From Patescibacteria group bacterium (GTDB lineage Bacteria > Patescibacteriota > Patescibacteriia > UBA1558 > GWA2-36-10): a stretch of 64,000 bases of DNA. Shown here piece by piece: positions 37,714 to 47,458 of this stretch. The position numbers and the translations under genes were made by a program. Position 1 is the first letter of the stretch. Each line of letters begins with the position of its first letter. The notes under the pieces were generated by a model that searched no databases, was not told the DNA's origin, and worked only from the letters and a program-made list of their open reading frames with translations. The stretch covers positions 66,381 to 130,380 of the forward strand of contig JBAZSG010000001.1 of assembly GCA_041662585.1 (NCBI GenBank), given 5' to 3'.

Positions 37714-39165
37714 TTATTGAGCCAATTCTACAGACGGTTCTACTGCTGGCACAGCACTTAGTATATCAACAGGCATTGGTTCTGGTTCTACCATCCTCTG
37801 ATCAAAAATATCTTTGGCCAATGGCACTACTACATTTTGTTTATAAAAATATTCTGCTTCACTTGGTAATTCAATAATAGGAAACACTAAAGCTGGAACT
37901 AATAATTCACTACTTACATTATTGGTATATTGCCAAGTCTGCATATAAGCAAGGTGAGGGGTGCCCAATTCTATCTCCACTACTTTTACTCCTGCTTGTT
38001 CTGGAAAATAATAATAATAATTTCCACCTCTAGCTGCCAATTTTAGTATTTTATCTATGTCCGTTTCCATATCATAAAGAGAGCTTTGATATTTTTGACT
38101 AGTCAAATTCCACATACTACTTACTTTCTTGTATCTCAAATTGATAGCTACTCTAATACCCTGTGCGCCACCCCATTCTTCATAAGAATTTTTACCATCA
38201 ACTATCAAAGGATATACAACTGTGGCCACATCAGGAATCATAAAGCCCTCCATATTAGCTAACCTAAGATAATTTTCTTTCCAAGAATTATCTACTTCTG
38301 GAGTACCATATGTAGCGATACTAATATTATGCTCTTCTAAAAATTTATTGGCCATATTAATAAGCTGATCATCACTAGGAATATCTTCCATCTTTATCGG
38401 TTCTTGTGGATAGTCTATGCCCATTGGCCATTTTTCCCAGTTTTCATTAATGGAAATCATGCCCTCATACAAATCAACATTGACTGCATAACCAAAATTT
38501 TTGTCTTCATAGATACTAAAATTTCTTATTTTTAAATTATCTAGAGAATTTAAATCAAAATTATCAAAATTTAAACCTTGCAAAATATTGGCCACATCTT
38601 TTTGTGAATCAAGACCTTTTATCCTTTTTAAAACAGTCATCTGTGCATTATCAACAGAAAAGTCTTCCCCTTTATAAACATACTTATAAACTATTGGTTG
38701 TGGAGCAATCTTCATATCCATAGCTACTGTAGAGCCCATACCACCACCCCCACCACCAAGACCAGCGACCATGGTGTTTTCCTGAGTGCCCCCATTTTGA
38801 GCCAATAATGGCCCAAAAGCTTGTCTGCCCAATCCTTTAACTTGTAAATTAAAATCCACATTGGCCGTTTTAATATTTTCATCCTTAGATAATGTAGGAA
38901 TAAGGATTAGCAAAACAAGAGCCAAAGAGCCAAACACATAAATTAATTTGTTCATAATATTATAATTAGATTGTTTATTATTGTTTTCAGAAAACTTTTC
39001 CAATAGTTCTCTGCGTAATTTAATTTGAAAATCTTTATCAAATTTTATATCCGGTTTAGATATTAAAAGTTTTTCGATGATATCTATCAACTGTGACTCA
39101 TATTTTTTGAGACTACTGTCAATAATATATAAATCTTCTAAAATATTTTTTATATCTTCTTTCAT
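37714..39165 (-). CDS. Membrane-anchored protein, candidate anti-sigma factor
   Basis: Short cytoplasmic N-domain (FQIKLRRELL), TM, large extracellular part; directly after ECF sigma. Confidence 0.65.
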   Translation of the reverse strand: MKEDIKNILEDLYIIDSSLKKYESQLIDIIEKLLISKPDIKFDKDFQIKLRRELLEKFSENNNKQSNYNIMNKLIYVFGSLALVLLILIPTLSKDENIKTANVDFNLQVKGLGRQAFGPLLAQNGGTQENTMVAGLGGGGGGMGSTVAMDMKIAPQPIVYKYVYKGEDFSVDNAQMTVLKRIKGLDSQKDVANILQGLNFDNFDLNSLDNLKIRNFSIYEDKNFGYAVNVDLYEGMISINENWEKWPMGIDYPQEPIKMEDIPSDDQLINMANKFLEEHNISIATYGTPEVDNSWKENYLRLANMEGFMIPDVATVVYPLIVDGKNSYEEWGGAQGIRVAINLRYKKVSSMWNLTSQKYQSSLYDMETDIDKILKLAARGGNYYYYFPEQAGVKVVEIELGTPHLAYMQTWQYTNNVSSELLVPALVFPIIELPSEAEYFYKQNVVVPLAKDIFDQRMVEPEPMPVDILSAVPAVEPSVELAQ

Positions 39166-39170
39166 ATTTT

Positions 39171-39731
39171 TTAATTAATCAACATAGTAAATAATACTAT
39201 CAAGCTAGCTAGAGACAATTTAAGTTCTTTGATGCTTCTAGAAAAAATCATTTTGCAATTGGCTTCTGACTTACCGACTATTTCTGAAATTTCTTTGTAT
39301 GACAATTGTTGCCAAACCCTTAAAACAATTATTTCTCTCTGCGTATCACTAAGCCTGTTCAGTTTATCTTTAATTTCTGATATTTGAGCTGCCCTATCTA
39401 AATCATCGTCGGCTGTGATAGAAAACGAAACATCAGAAATTTCCTCTATGTCTTGAAAATTTTTGTTGGTTCTATAATGATCAATCACTGTATTTCTAGC
39501 AATACGATAAAGCCAAGAACTAAAACTACCTTTGCGACTATCAAATTTTACTAAATTATTTAAAGCTTTATAAAAAGTCTCCGCTACCAAGTCTTCGGTA
39601 TTTTCTTTATGACTTATTTTATAGTACACAAAACTATATATTTTTTTAAAATATCTATCATATAATTGTCCAAAAGCTTGGCCGTCGCCAGCCTGACAAG
39701 CAGAAATTAAGCTTAAATCGTCATTTTCCAT
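39171..39731 (-). CDS. ECF RNA polymerase sigma factor
   Basis: AFGQLYDRY, FSSWLYRIARN, LSYKEISEIVG; start moved to MENDD. Confidence 0.92.
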   Translation of the reverse strand: MENDDLSLISACQAGDGQAFGQLYDRYFKKIYSFVYYKISHKENTEDLVAETFYKALNNLVKFDSRKGSFSSWLYRIARNTVIDHYRTNKNFQDIEEISDVSFSITADDDLDRAAQISEIKDKLNRLSDTQREIIVLRVWQQLSYKEISEIVGKSEANCKMIFSRSIKELKLSLASLIVLFTMLIN

Positions 39732-39984
39732 GGATTTTTCTCTTCTCACTATATTATAACGAATAAATACAAAAAAAGTAACAAAAAACATTTCTCTTAA
39801 ACAAAAAATGTTTTTATTTTTTAGTTTATTCTTGTTTGACCTTCAAAAAATAACTATAAAACAATTATTAGTAAAATGACCCCCAATATAAATATTGAAA
39901 ACAGTATTGTTTCCCATTGACCAAAAAAATAAAGATATCAGAGAACAATAAATAATTACCCTATTAAACCTCGCTAATGATTAT

Positions 39985-40878
39985 CTAGGTGCCACCACAA
40001 TCAGCAGCACTAATATGAATATGGGTAGGAGGATCAGACGGTGGATGATACAAATAATTTCCGTGACAAGACACAACAATATTTCTAATAACAGACCTCT
40101 GACTATTGCTTAAGTGGGTACTTCGTAAATCAGCAGCATAAGATCCGTCCATATTTTTGGCCGGTCCGCCATAATGACAAGAGTTTTTAGTATGCACACA
40201 AGTAGCATCGGTCCAATTATCTCGGCAAGTAGCCAAACCACCCACATCCTGACTAATAGAAGTAATAATCAAGTCACTAGGATCTAAAACATGGCTATTA
40301 TTTACACCCTGCATCAAACAAGTAAGCAAATCTTCTAAAGCCGGCGAAGCATCAAAGCATTGCTGACTATTTATGCCACTAGTAATAATGCCACCGCAAC
40401 TACCACCACAAGAAATGCCCCCCTCCCAAGCTGAAGTACAACCCACTCCATTATTAGCCGGCGCCTGGTTGGCATTTAATATCGCGCCACATGATCCAGC
40501 TGCCTCCAAACGAATTTCTTCCATATTAACATTTAAAATATCTTCAATAAAAAACTTAACTATAATATTACTACCAAAGGCCAAGATAATAGCAAAAACA
40601 GTATTGATCATAATAGATTTGCCTGCATTAACTCTTTCCATATTACCACCCGAAATAATCCAACGAGTACCGCCCCAGACAAAATAGAGCAAGGCCACAG
40701 CTCCCATTGCTCCTAGTAATATCACTATAAAATCATAAAGAACTGTAGCAATATCCGCAAATCCACAATTACCACATTGCACGCAGGTCAAACCATCTAA
40801 AAGTCTCGCCTGAGAAATACTGGGTAGTGCCCAAAATAAAAGGCTGAAAGAAAATATAACAATGATTTTTTTGGCCAT
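39985..40878 (-). CDS. CPR-type (VirB2/TrbC-like) pilin fused to Cys-rich M15-like metallopeptidase domain
   Basis: Signal, CxxCGNC, two TMs with WIISGGNMERVNAGKSIM; SCHYGG..YAADL..HIHIS. Confidence 0.65.
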   Translation of the reverse strand: MAKKIIVIFSFSLLFWALPSISQARLLDGLTCVQCGNCGFADIATVLYDFIVILLGAMGAVALLYFVWGGTRWIISGGNMERVNAGKSIMINTVFAIILAFGSNIIVKFFIEDILNVNMEEIRLEAAGSCGAILNANQAPANNGVGCTSAWEGGISCGGSCGGIITSGINSQQCFDASPALEDLLTCLMQGVNNSHVLDPSDLIITSISQDVGGLATCRDNWTDATCVHTKNSCHYGGPAKNMDGSYAADLRSTHLSNSQRSVIRNIVVSCHGNYLYHPPSDPPTHIHISAADCGGT

Positions 40879-40909
40879 AGTTGCCTTTCTTACTGATAAG
40901 TAATTATTT

Positions 40910-41902
40910 TTACAACAAACTGCTCGCCACTAGTAAATATATAGTCACACTCATCAAATCTTGAATAATAGTAGCAATTGGTCCACTGGCATTGGCTGGA
41001 TCTAAACTCAAACGACTGAAAGCATAAGGTATGAAAAGTCCAGTAATAATAGAAGATAAAATAGCCAAAAACATAGCCACACCCAAAACAAAAGCTATCA
41101 TAGCATCACTATAAACAACCCAAGTGATTCCCCAGACAGTCAAACTAATTATCACTCCAATAAGCAAAATTATTTTCAACTGACGCCATATATAAACTAA
41201 AAAATTTATTTTGGAATGGATAGCCAAATCTCTAATAATAAAAAATCCAACCTGTGTACCCACAGCACTAGCCATATAAACAACCAGTGGTATAAAAGCG
41301 GCTAATATTATGTTGGCTGCCAAAATATTTTCAAAAAGCCCAATAACCCGAGCAGCTAAAAGACCCCCCAAAAGCCCAATGATGAGCCAAGGTAAACGAT
41401 GTTTTAAGGAAACAAGTAATGGTAAACTAGTAACATCATCAATATTGACCGAGACATGATTTGGGACACCAGCAAAATGAGAAATATCTTCCTGAGCTTC
41501 AGAATAAATAATTCGCAAAATATCGTCACTCAATACCACACCCAAAAATTTATTTTCTTTATCCACGACTGGTATAGCCTTGATATTATGTTTTAAAGCT
41601 AGATAAGCCACTCTTTCTTGACTGGTGTGTGGATGAGCTATTACTAAATCTTTGATCATAACCTCGTCAACTCTTTTGTTCTTGGGCTGACGAAAAATTT
41701 CCTTAATCGAAATAACACCATTTAAAACACCATTCTTACCCAAGACATAAACATAATTTATTGACTGGATATTTCTAGTATTAATCAGCAAATATTTTTC
41801 CAAAGATCCAATGGTACTATCTGATAAAGTAGTAGGTACACTGTCAGTCATCAAACTGCCAGCGCTAGACTTGGGAAATGAAGTAGTGGATTTTTCTTTC
41901 AT
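40910..41902 (-). CDS. mgtE: MgtE family magnesium transporter
   Basis: CBS pair, RLPWL, AFIPL, DPANASGPIATIIQD. Confidence 0.9.
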   Translation of the reverse strand: MKEKSTTSFPKSSAGSLMTDSVPTTLSDSTIGSLEKYLLINTRNIQSINYVYVLGKNGVLNGVISIKEIFRQPKNKRVDEVMIKDLVIAHPHTSQERVAYLALKHNIKAIPVVDKENKFLGVVLSDDILRIIYSEAQEDISHFAGVPNHVSVNIDDVTSLPLLVSLKHRLPWLIIGLLGGLLAARVIGLFENILAANIILAAFIPLVVYMASAVGTQVGFFIIRDLAIHSKINFLVYIWRQLKIILLIGVIISLTVWGITWVVYSDAMIAFVLGVAMFLAILSSIITGLFIPYAFSRLSLDPANASGPIATIIQDLMSVTIYLLVASSLL

Positions 41903-42095
41903 TTTTTTTAAAAAATAATCTACCTATATTTTACTCTATTTTCTATTATTTAAAAAGGATTATAAAAAATGCCATGTTTTATAAAAAAATAGCCCACTAA
42001 AATCTCTGACTATAACCATTGACAGATGTTTAGAATGTGTTAATTTATAAGGACAAAAGGTCGTCTCAAACCTTAATTACTTAACAAATAAATAT

Positions 42096-43421
42096 ATGAT
42101 AAAATCTATAAAAACTATCCTAATTTTAGCTCTTTTCCTATTGCCTTTTGGTATTGGAAAATTCCATACCCAAGTAGCCGAAGCTAACACTACGATGTGT
42201 TTTGTCGAAGGCGAAGTGGCTGAAGGGTTCCAATATGCTTCCACTGTAGTGGAAGTGCATCAAGGACTCAAAAAAAATGGCACAGCTGTAAATCCTGGTC
42301 GATCTATCCCAACTCAGGGTTTAGTTTACGAAGCCGCCCAAAGTGAAAGCAGCTTTTTCAGTCTAGGCTTTAATGGCTCAATAATTGTGGAATTTACCAA
42401 TCCAATATTTAATGGCAGTGGCAATGACTTAAAACTTACCGAAGACACCTGGGGCTCATACCCACTAGAGAAAGCTGATGTCTTTGTCTCTCAAGACAAT
42501 GCTACTTGGCACTTTTTAGGAACTGCCAATAATACCAACCACATCAATATTCACACTGTCAGCGAATTTGACCTAGGAACATTGACCTGGGCCAAATATG
42601 TAAAAATTGTTGATGTAACTGATCCGGCTCCACTACCAGCTGACGGCGATGGCTATGATCTAAATGCGGTAGAAGCTTTGTACTCTGGCGTTTTGTGTAA
42701 TCCATCAATCACTATCGACAAAGAAGCAACACTATCTTTGCCTTATGAAGTTTATGTCGGAGAAAATGTAAACTACACTTATGAAATTACCAATAATGGT
42801 AATGTACCGTTGGTTATAGACAGCTTAATCGATGATAAATGTGGCACTCCTACTTTTATGAGTGGAGACAACGGCAATAATCTTTTAGATATTAATGAAA
42901 TTTGGAGTTATGCCTGCTCTATGGAATTAACTCAAACTACTGAAAACATTGCTACAATCACTGCTCATGATAATTTTGGAACACCAGTAAGTGCCAGTGA
43001 TTCTGTCACAGTAGCTGTCAAAGGTCCAGAATGTACATTGACCCAAGGTTATTGGAAAACTCATTCTACTAATGGACCAGCTCCAGTTGATTCAGATTGG
43101 AATGGGCTAGAAAATACTACTTTTTATTCCAGCGGACAAACATACTACCAAGTCCTTTGGACAGCACCCCAGGGCAATGCTTATTATCAATTAGCTCACC
43201 AATTTATTGCCGCTACACTAAATGGTCTGACACCACAGATATACCCAGCTTGGGAAGCTGCCCACAATTTACTAAATATAAACTCTCCTGAAAATTTAGC
43301 AACATCAAAAGGCAAACCATCTGAAGCTTATAAAATTTTAAAACAACAGTTTATCACTTTAGCTGGAGAGCTAGGAGCCTACAATGAAGGCCTTACTGGT
43401 CCCGGACATTGTTCTCAATAA
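42096..43421 (+). CDS. Secreted cell-surface protein with Ig-like domain
   Basis: Signal peptide; DGYDLNAV; VGENVNYTYEITNNGNVPL; CTLTQGYWKTH. Confidence 0.7.
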   Translation: MIKSIKTILILALFLLPFGIGKFHTQVAEANTTMCFVEGEVAEGFQYASTVVEVHQGLKKNGTAVNPGRSIPTQGLVYEAAQSESSFFSLGFNGSIIVEFTNPIFNGSGNDLKLTEDTWGSYPLEKADVFVSQDNATWHFLGTANNTNHINIHTVSEFDLGTLTWAKYVKIVDVTDPAPLPADGDGYDLNAVEALYSGVLCNPSITIDKEATLSLPYEVYVGENVNYTYEITNNGNVPLVIDSLIDDKCGTPTFMSGDNGNNLLDINEIWSYACSMELTQTTENIATITAHDNFGTPVSASDSVTVAVKGPECTLTQGYWKTHSTNGPAPVDSDWNGLENTTFYSSGQTYYQVLWTAPQGNAYYQLAHQFIAATLNGLTPQIYPAWEAAHNLLNINSPENLATSKGKPSEAYKILKQQFITLAGELGAYNEGLTGPGHCSQ

Positions 43422-43476
43422 ACTCTATCAATTAAAAAAACACGCTCTGGTTAAGAACGTGTTTTTTATATACATT

Positions 43477-43941
43477 TTATTGTTGAATTTTTTTTACTAA
43501 ATCCATCATAGAAGGACTACCTTTTAAAAGCGATTTTTTCAAATTTGCTGTTTGCTTGGCAATATTTTGATTCTTATCAACTTTCATTACAAAGCCCATG
43601 ATAGTAATATCCTCACCTACTTTTTTTACCATCTGACCAAAATCATAAAATTGAATATATTCTCCATTTTTATGTTTGATTCTATATAAAGTTTCATAAA
43701 AATCTTTTTTCCCAGTCAAATGATCACGCATAGCCTGCATAGCCGGTTCATAATCATCAGGCTGCAAAAGCTTGGTAAAATCTTGATAATGATTAAAATC
43801 CGAACTATCATAGCCCAGCATATCGGTTTTGGCATCGCTAAAAAATACTTCCCCTGACGGCAAATTCATTTGCCACCAAGCCATTTTTCCTTCCAAAAAA
43901 GCTTGGTCCAATTTTTCCAAGGTTAACTGTTTGTTAATCAT
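43477..43941 (-). CDS. Stand-alone PAS-domain protein
   Basis: WWQMNL...MLGY...LLQPDD...YRIKHKNGEY. Confidence 0.8.
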   Translation of the reverse strand: MINKQLTLEKLDQAFLEGKMAWWQMNLPSGEVFFSDAKTDMLGYDSSDFNHYQDFTKLLQPDDYEPAMQAMRDHLTGKKDFYETLYRIKHKNGEYIQFYDFGQMVKKVGEDITIMGFVMKVDKNQNIAKQTANLKKSLLKGSPSMMDLVKKIQQ

Positions 43942-43975
43942 AATTATATTGTAATAACTATTTAACTACGCTGTC

Positions 43976-44440
43976 TTATAAAGCCTCAACATTACCGGCA
44001 TTGGGACTGAGATCCTGTGGATCTGGACAATCACCGTCTAAATTGGCTTGAGCATTACAAAGTGTGCCATCGATTCTTTTACACATAGGCGTTTCTGTGC
44101 CCACTCCTTCTACTTGACCACCAGTTATAGCACAATAAACCTGAGCATCATTTTCATAGCCAGTGATTTTCAAACCACCAACTGGACATTCACCACGCAG
44201 TAGTGCCCACTCTTCGCACTGTCGATTGTCTTCAAATAAACATACACCGTATTGACCTTTTTTATTGTTTCTCATTTCCAAACGACCCCCTTTTTCAAGA
44301 CAATTAGCTGAAGCCGGGTTAGCTATGGTTATATTGGACTCACCTGTAGCTGGCCGATCTAGGGCTTGGGGTTTTTTATTTTGATAAATCTGACAACCAG
44401 CTAAGAAGAAAATAGCTGTAATTAATAAAATTTTTTTCAT
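43976..44440 (-). CDS. DUF333-domain lipoprotein
   Basis: FLAGC lipobox; IANPASANCLEKGG...CEEWAL. Confidence 0.85.
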   Translation of the reverse strand: MKKILLITAIFFLAGCQIYQNKKPQALDRPATGESNITIANPASANCLEKGGRLEMRNNKKGQYGVCLFEDNRQCEEWALLRGECPVGGLKITGYENDAQVYCAITGGQVEGVGTETPMCKRIDGTLCNAQANLDGDCPDPQDLSPNAGNVEAL

Positions 44441-44471
44441 ACTTTATTTTTAACCATAATGTCTTTCATAT

Positions 44472-44759
44472 TCATAATACATAATAAGAATAAATAAAAG
44501 CTAATATTAAAGTTACCAAAAATAATATTAAAAGTGCTATCTTTGTACTTCGTAACCATTTTACAGTCTCAAAATTTTTCCTTAAAAATTCTCTTACCAA
44601 TAACCCCAATAATAAAAACCAAGCCAAAACACCTATCCCAAAAAACTGTTGAAATGGACTTGAATCATTTTTCTTTTCAAATGATAAAAAAATGCCTAAA
44701 ATAAATAAAATTATAATATAAAAAAATTTTTTAATAAGACTTATCTTTCTGCCATGCAT
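44472..44759 (-). CDS. Small membrane protein
   Basis: 3 hydrophobic segments. Confidence 0.55.
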   Translation of the reverse strand: MHGRKISLIKKFFYIIILFILGIFLSFEKKNDSSPFQQFFGIGVLAWFLLLGLLVREFLRKNFETVKWLRSTKIALLILFLVTLILAFIYSYYVL

Positions 44760-44826
44760 ATTATTCTATCCCAATATTTTATATTATAACACCTATTTTA
44801 AATTATATAAATAATTGTTAATAATT

Positions 44827-45297
44827 TTATTTTAGATAGGGCTCCAAAAATTTTTCTTCTTTTCTGTGAATATGCTCAAGTAAATACCAAGGCACAGCTA
44901 AAATTATTGATAAAATAAAAGGCAAGGCGCGGGAAATTTCCACAGAAATTATGGTAAAAAACATCCAAAAGACTGGATGGCCAATTATCAACCAACTAAC
45001 AAAAATTATAGTACGCCTCTTGGGAATCCATTGAGGTATTTTTTGCTGAGCTACTAATTCGCGCAGCTTTTTATTTAATGCATGCCCCTTGGCAAACTTA
45101 CTAAAATATATCAAAGGAAGCGAGAAAAAACAAATAAAGGCCACTGCTACAAATAATCCCCAAATTTTGTCTCTAAAAGTGAAAGTAACAATAAAAATCG
45201 TCTGTAAAATTACCAGCATTCTATCCAAACGTCTATCATACAACCAAAGACTTTTTATTGAATCATTGGCTGGATTGTATATTTTACTTTGTTCCAT
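44827..45297 (-). CDS. Membrane protein
   Basis: 4 hydrophobic segments; starts just after the shared promoter module. Confidence 0.65.
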   Translation of the reverse strand: MEQSKIYNPANDSIKSLWLYDRRLDRMLVILQTIFIVTFTFRDKIWGLFVAVAFICFFSLPLIYFSKFAKGHALNKKLRELVAQQKIPQWIPKRRTIIFVSWLIIGHPVFWMFFTIISVEISRALPFILSIILAVPWYLLEHIHRKEEKFLEPYLK

Positions 45298-45341
45298 AGT
45301 TCAATTATACCACTTATTGTTTCAAACAAAAATTAGATATT

Positions 45342-46595
45342 TTAATTAATAAATTTAAAAGTTAAAATGATTTGTTCTAGACTATCAAACCATTCTTGAG
45401 CGACTGGGGAGGCCGTATTATTAATTAATTCATTATAAAATTTAGATTCTATATTATCCTGATCTATCCAAGTATCAAGACCTTCACCACAGACATTACC
45501 AAAATACTGATCCATACTGTCAACTATATCTTGAAATGGGCCACGAATAATAATATTTACTAAATAACCGTTATAATAAAATAATAACTCTCTATTAAAA
45601 GAGAGATCACATATTTCCCAACTTCTCAATCTAATAGAATCTCTAGCATTAACATTACCCAAATCAACCAATTTAATTGACTCTTCTAAAGGATGCCAAT
45701 CATAGCAAACACTTTTTACTTGTTCATTTTTTAAATATTCTATATTCTTTAAAGTTGTATTTTTATCCAAACAAGCAGCTATCTCTTCTGACATATCTGC
45801 TATTTTTTTTACATCAACTTGATAAGATAATTCTTCTGTACTATAAGTATAATCTTTAATATATTTCATCTTTGAAGGATAATTAAAACTAAAACCAACT
45901 TCTTCATTAATATAAGTTTGCCAATCGTTAGTATCTATCACTATATTCTCTAAAAATTTAAAAGTATTAATAATCTCTTCATTCAGAAATCCTTCCCGAT
46001 GGTTAATGACAGAGCTATATATATCTATAAGTTGACCATCTTGTATATAAAAATAATGTTTCACGGAATCCATGCCACTGGCTACTTCAAAAACCATAAA
46101 CTTTTTATTTGCGATTTCTATTTCTTTTTTCCATTCATTGGAGTACCCTGATGGAGCATCTTTTTCTAAAAAACCGTTTTTTGCCCAATTATAAAAATCA
46201 AAATATCTATTATCTAAACTACCTGCGACTACAATCCGAATTGAATTTTGTCCTCCCATATCATCAGGTGGGTTACCTACAAAATTTCTAGTAAGTAATA
46301 ATTGGTTACCGCTATATTCTATTTTATAAGTGTTTGGATATTCTAATGAATAACCATGTTGTTCATTTGTGTAAGTTAACCAATCCTGATGATTATCTTT
46401 CTCTATTATTTCTGCTTCTTTTCCTTTAACATCAATAACTTTAGCAACTAATTGTTTGACCTGATTTAATGTATTAAATATCTCCATTTCCTTCCATACA
46501 AATATCCCTAAAATAAATAATGACCCTAGTACACCCCCGATGATCGTCACCACTATTATATCATTAAATCCTTTTTTGTTTTTAAATAATTTCAT
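45342..46595 (-). CDS. Exported protein with two PsbP-like WxTYxNxxxGxSxxYP motifs
   Basis: KKG|FNDIIVV prepilin-like start; WLTYTNEQHGYSLEYP and WQTYINEEVGFSFNYP. Confidence 0.65.
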   Translation of the reverse strand: MKLFKNKKGFNDIIVVTIIGGVLGSLFILGIFVWKEMEIFNTLNQVKQLVAKVIDVKGKEAEIIEKDNHQDWLTYTNEQHGYSLEYPNTYKIEYSGNQLLLTRNFVGNPPDDMGGQNSIRIVVAGSLDNRYFDFYNWAKNGFLEKDAPSGYSNEWKKEIEIANKKFMVFEVASGMDSVKHYFYIQDGQLIDIYSSVINHREGFLNEEIINTFKFLENIVIDTNDWQTYINEEVGFSFNYPSKMKYIKDYTYSTEELSYQVDVKKIADMSEEIAACLDKNTTLKNIEYLKNEQVKSVCYDWHPLEESIKLVDLGNVNARDSIRLRSWEICDLSFNRELLFYYNGYLVNIIIRGPFQDIVDSMDQYFGNVCGEGLDTWIDQDNIESKFYNELINNTASPVAQEWFDSLEQIILTFKFIN

Positions 46596-46605
46596 AATTT
46601 TTAAT

Positions 46606-47352
46606 TTAAATTTTAATAATTTCTAAAGATAAACTCTCTAGTGGCAGACCTTGATACTGTTTTTTGCTAATCTCTTTATTCTCACCCAAAATATTTACCT
46701 GTAAATCAGCTTGTTCAACTATGCTAATATAATCATCCTTTAAAAGCGCTCCACCAACACAACCAGCTATTAAGTCTTCGTTGTTTCTTTGGTCTTCGGA
46801 TAATTCTTCTAGTAAAACAATATCCGAAATATACATTTTGCCTCCGGTTTTTAAAACCCTATACGCTTCTTGAAATACTTTTAATTTGTCAGGTGCTAAG
46901 TTGATAACACAATTGCTGATTATAACATCTATAGAATTATCAGCTATGGGTAAATTTTCAATTTCTCCCCATCTAAACTCTGTATTTTTATAACTATATT
47001 TTTCAGCCAATGTTTTGGCTTTATCAATCATCTCCTCTGTCATATCTACCCCAATCACCTTGCCGGTATCGCCAACTTTTTTAGCCGCCAAAAAAGCATC
47101 AAAGCCAGCACCGCAACCCAAATCCAAAACAGTATCCCCAACTTTTATTTTACTAATAGCAATGGGATTGCCACAACCCAAACCAAGGTTGGCTTCTGGT
47201 GCAACCGATATCTGCTCGTCAGAATAACCAATACTTTTGGAAATTACTTCACTGTTATCTGAACTACAACTGCACTGACAACCACAGCTGAGCTTGGTGG
47301 CTATATTGGCATAACTTTTTTTAACAACTTGTTTTATTTTATCGGCTTTCAT
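46606..47352 (-). CDS. arsM: Arsenite S-adenosylmethionine methyltransferase
   Basis: [33 protein letters not shown]. Confidence 0.88.
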   Translation of the reverse strand: MKADKIKQVVKKSYANIATKLSCGCQCSCSSDNSEVISKSIGYSDEQISVAPEANLGLGCGNPIAISKIKVGDTVLDLGCGAGFDAFLAAKKVGDTGKVIGVDMTEEMIDKAKTLAEKYSYKNTEFRWGEIENLPIADNSIDVIISNCVINLAPDKLKVFQEAYRVLKTGGKMYISDIVLLEELSEDQRNNEDLIAGCVGGALLKDDYISIVEQADLQVNILGENKEISKKQYQGLPLESLSLEIIKI

Positions 47353-47458
47353 AATAAAATTATAATTCTATTATCTTTGAAGGTCAAATAAAGCAAGGGC
47401 GTTGATAATAACAAAATGATAAATAGCATTTACTAGGACCTTTTGCTATAATTACCTC

